A DNA stretch of 63,905 bases, the filler included, from Dimorphilus gyrociliatus (Eukaryota > Animalia > Annelida): assembly GCA_904063045.1 (NCBI GenBank). It is 6 parts of 6 records of this genome, joined end to end, with 100 filler letters (N's around TTAATTAATTAA, not from the genome) between each part and the next. Parts side by side here need not be neighbours in the genome. Positions count along the whole stretch, not along the records: positions 58,478 to 63,905 come from CAJFCJ010000050.1; 5 more parts are not named here. One strand, written 5' to 3'. Shown here piece by piece: positions 61,078 to 63,905 of this stretch. Every line of letters starts with the position of its first letter. Position 1 is the first letter of the stretch. A program made the translations under genes and the position numbers. The notes under the pieces were generated by a model. It ran no database searches. It worked only from the letters and a program-made list of their open reading frames with translations, and was not told where the DNA came from.

Positions 61078-61317
61078 TTAAAATGTTACTTTTGTTTTTA
61101 TGAACATTGAAATTTTGTGAACTATCAACCTTTAAAAGAGTATATAAACCCTACGAAATTAACAGTTGATAGTTCAGTTTTCTAACTGTCAGCTAGCTGC
61201 TTAAACTAGCTTGTTTAGAACTAGAAGCTCATTTTACTCAATACATATTCTTTGCCCAAAATACTGGTGTTTTGTTGATTCATTTCTACCGAAATTGCAT
61301 TTGTTAGACTATTTGTG
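61074..61317 (+). repeat. Dispersed repeat family copy (5' part)
   Basis: Highly similar to 47146-47390. Confidence 0.9.
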
Positions 61318-62219
61318 AAGGAAAATTTAAAGTAAATTTATATATATATTGTTAGTAAATGTTTTTGGTGAAATAAGAAAATATCAGCACCACAATTACT
61401 TGAACAAAGTAGTTGGAGTCTGGAACAGATAGGGAGGATAAAAAGGGGGCGGAAGGGAAAATAAAGGATTTATGATTATTTGTTCAAAAATATTTTATTA
61501 CGTCAGTTAAATATTTAAAACTTGATGTTTTCTTATAAACTAAATTTTGAACTATTGAAATCTGAACTTGAAAAATGTTAAATCTATGAAAAAAAAAAAC
61601 ATAAAAAATAGACAGAAAAGCAAAAATAAGAGAGAAAGAGAGAGAGATTGAATGACTGTGTATTTATGAGTCCTCTAACTCAAACATGACTGCCACATAT
61701 TTTCTCATTATATCTCATTTTCTTATCACAAATCCAATAGTTTCTGCATTTTTCAATGAATATGTATATTTTTTTAAAACCAGTTTATCTTGATACTTAC
61801 TTAAACAATCAATCTTTTGATAAACACGGAGATAAATAAAACAAAACGAAATAAATGTGCGGAATCGATGTGAACGAACCACACTACGACTAGTTTAATA
61901 ATCCTTGTACAGAATTGCAAAAGATAAAAAATTTAATTTCTATGCTTTCTATTCAGTAAAATGTTTAGAAAAACAATGCAATTCCATTGTCTGAGAAGAT
62001 GAAAAAAGTAAAAACATCTTCAAAATAATAAATGATCCCCAGAACATATTTTTTTTTTAAAAACAAAGATTTCATTAATCTGACAATGACAAAATATGAG
62101 AATATTGTTGAAATAAATTTGGAAAATAGATTTTTCCATAGAAATAGACTGGTTACTTATCTTGTTTATGAAAAAGAATTGAATAGAACTCTATCTAAAG
62201 TTTTTAAATGTAAAATATC

Positions 62220-63073
62220 AAGAGAATTTATAATTATCATTTACAAATGTGATGGTTATAGAGATTTGCGATGATAATTCTGATTGTCTATATAAATTTG
62301 ATGAGAGAAATTGTCGTAAGTTTTAATTGATTGATTTATTTATTCATTCATTTTCAACATTTAAATTTGAAATAAGATTTTGAAAAATATAAAAAAATAC
62401 TTTCTTATGTTTTGCCAAATAATTCAAATATTTCAAATATTTTTCCAGAATCTTATATTGCCAAAGGTTTATATAGTTGCAGAAAAAGTTATCAATATAT
62501 CTCTTTAGCGGAAGTTTGCGCTAGAGTAATAGTCCACAAATGTCATAATAGTAATCTTCTGTGTCAAGGAATTCAATGTCCTCAAGGAGATGACGAGGAT
62601 AATAGAATTTGTTTTACAAACATATTCTGTCCAGATGGATGTTCTTGCTTTTCCCCATTAGATATAAATTGCAGTATTAGTATTAATACAACAACAACAG
62701 CAATGGAAAAAAGAATTGGAAGTAATTTAATAATTCATGGTCTATCATTAACAAAAATGACACAATCTTTCAATGAAATATTTAAATATTTTTTAAATTA
62801 AAGACAAAAAATTCCAATTTTTCCTTATCCTATAATCTTAGTAAATTTATTAATTTAAAAATTATGCATATCGAAAATTGTAATAATTTAACAAAATTAA
62901 CAAAAAGTCCATTAACCCAAGAAACTTATATATGGATATTTATTTGTGTGCTACCAATGAATTCAGCTTTAAATCCTCTTATCAGTAATAGTCATGAAGT
63001 GAGGCAATTTTTTGAAAAAAGAAAAAAGATAAAAAATAAATTACTTAATTATTTAATTAATTTGAACTGCTAA
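62220..63073 (+). pseudogene. Internally deleted GRL101-like gene: LDLa, LRRNT, first LRR fused directly to TM7
   Basis: ICDDNSDCLYKFDERNC (exon ending gtaag); QCPQGDDEDNRIC; CPDGCSC..INCS; LHIENCNNLTKL followed at once by YIWIFICVLPMNSALNP. Confidence 0.75.
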
Positions 63074-63905
63074 AAGAATTACATTGATCAATACAATGTT
63101 TTATTAATAAGATTCTTAACATTTTCAATTAAGAAATTGATCATTTCTTTTCTGTGCTGTCTATATTAAGCTCTATTGCGAAATATTGAAATTTTCATAA
63201 CTTCAGATGGCGCTACCATCAACAATTTTAAAAGCTTCTTTATTACTTTAAAGAATTGTATATCATATATATGACAACCTGTAAGTTGTAAGAGTTAACA
63301 AGACAAGTTTAAAATGAATGCTGGACAAAACGTCCCCTGGAGAAATCTTTCCTTGAATATAATTAAAAATGTCTTGTATTATTTATGATTGTGAAAAATA
63401 TTTAATAAGTATAGAAAATGTATTTTAAAAAAAGTGAAATGCAAAGTCTAGTTATTAAAATAGAAAAAAAATTGAAGGATAATTAAAGTAAAATTAAAAG
63501 TAACAATATATGTTAGATATGTTATCCAATAGTTGTTATGCTGTTCTATTAATAAGTCTACAACAGCTATCAATAGATGGAATAGCAAAATTTCATTTTT
63601 GAACTTCACTGAGAACATTTTCAGCCAAATGTTTTCCTGATATTATTTTATCATTTTGACTACTTTCTTTTAATTTGTGTCTAATTCTTATTTCCATTTC
63701 CAGATTATTATTTCTCTCATGAATATGATTCATTTTGCCTAGGATGAAAGAATAATCTCTTTGGGAAACTCTTGGAGGACACTTCATGGATTTATTTCTG
63801 ACACTACATATCAAATTTAACTGTGTTTGCAGTCTTTTCTTTTACAGTATAACTGTATCCTTCATGCAAAAGGACATCTATTCCTTTTTGACTCATTCCT
63901 TCCAA

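Noticed and set aside
63318-63345. ggacaaaacgtcccctggag resembling the MULE/MITE terminal motif
   Set aside because: Isolated 20-nt match with no partner TIR or TSD; at most a relic
1-63905. Horizontal integration of parasite DNA into the animal genome, or any cross-segment gene neighbourhood
   Set aside because: Every switch between segment types falls on an artificial linker; there is no real junction

Overview
This is not one locus. It is six eukaryotic contigs joined by an artificial 100-bp linker (N44-TTAATTAATTAA-N44) at 9860-9959, 30829-30928, 38585-38684, 50877-50976 and 58378-58477, and the contigs alternate between two apparent genomes. Segments A (1-9859), C (30929-38584) and E (50977-58377) are intronless and extremely AT-rich, and most checkable start codons in A and C are preceded by CCC motifs, so they look microsporidian (inference). 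They carry secreted LRR genes, Dus, ZPR1, an Arc1-like tRNA-binding protein, ORC4, two Tc1-superfamily elements, a TIR-flanked integrase element (Ginger-like) and a Helitron. Segments B (9960-30828), D (38685-50876) and F (58478-63905) look like a compact-genome invertebrate with mostly 52-85 bp GT-AG introns. They carry GRL101/RXFP-like LDLa-LRR-7TM receptors, orphan class A GPCRs, an RNI-like LRR protein, a hidden 68-aa secreted peptide gene, a chitin-binding/TSP1 pseudogene and a MULE transposase. The best sequence-supported novelty is a ~207-bp MITE family with 9-bp target duplications and internal telomere-like (TTAGGG) repeats. One copy is nested in another, and one has inserted into the conserved CxxH motif of a MULE transposase whose own terminus shares the MITE TIR core. 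No rRNA, tRNA or CRISPR array was recognised. All protein calls come from motif reading; no database search was run.
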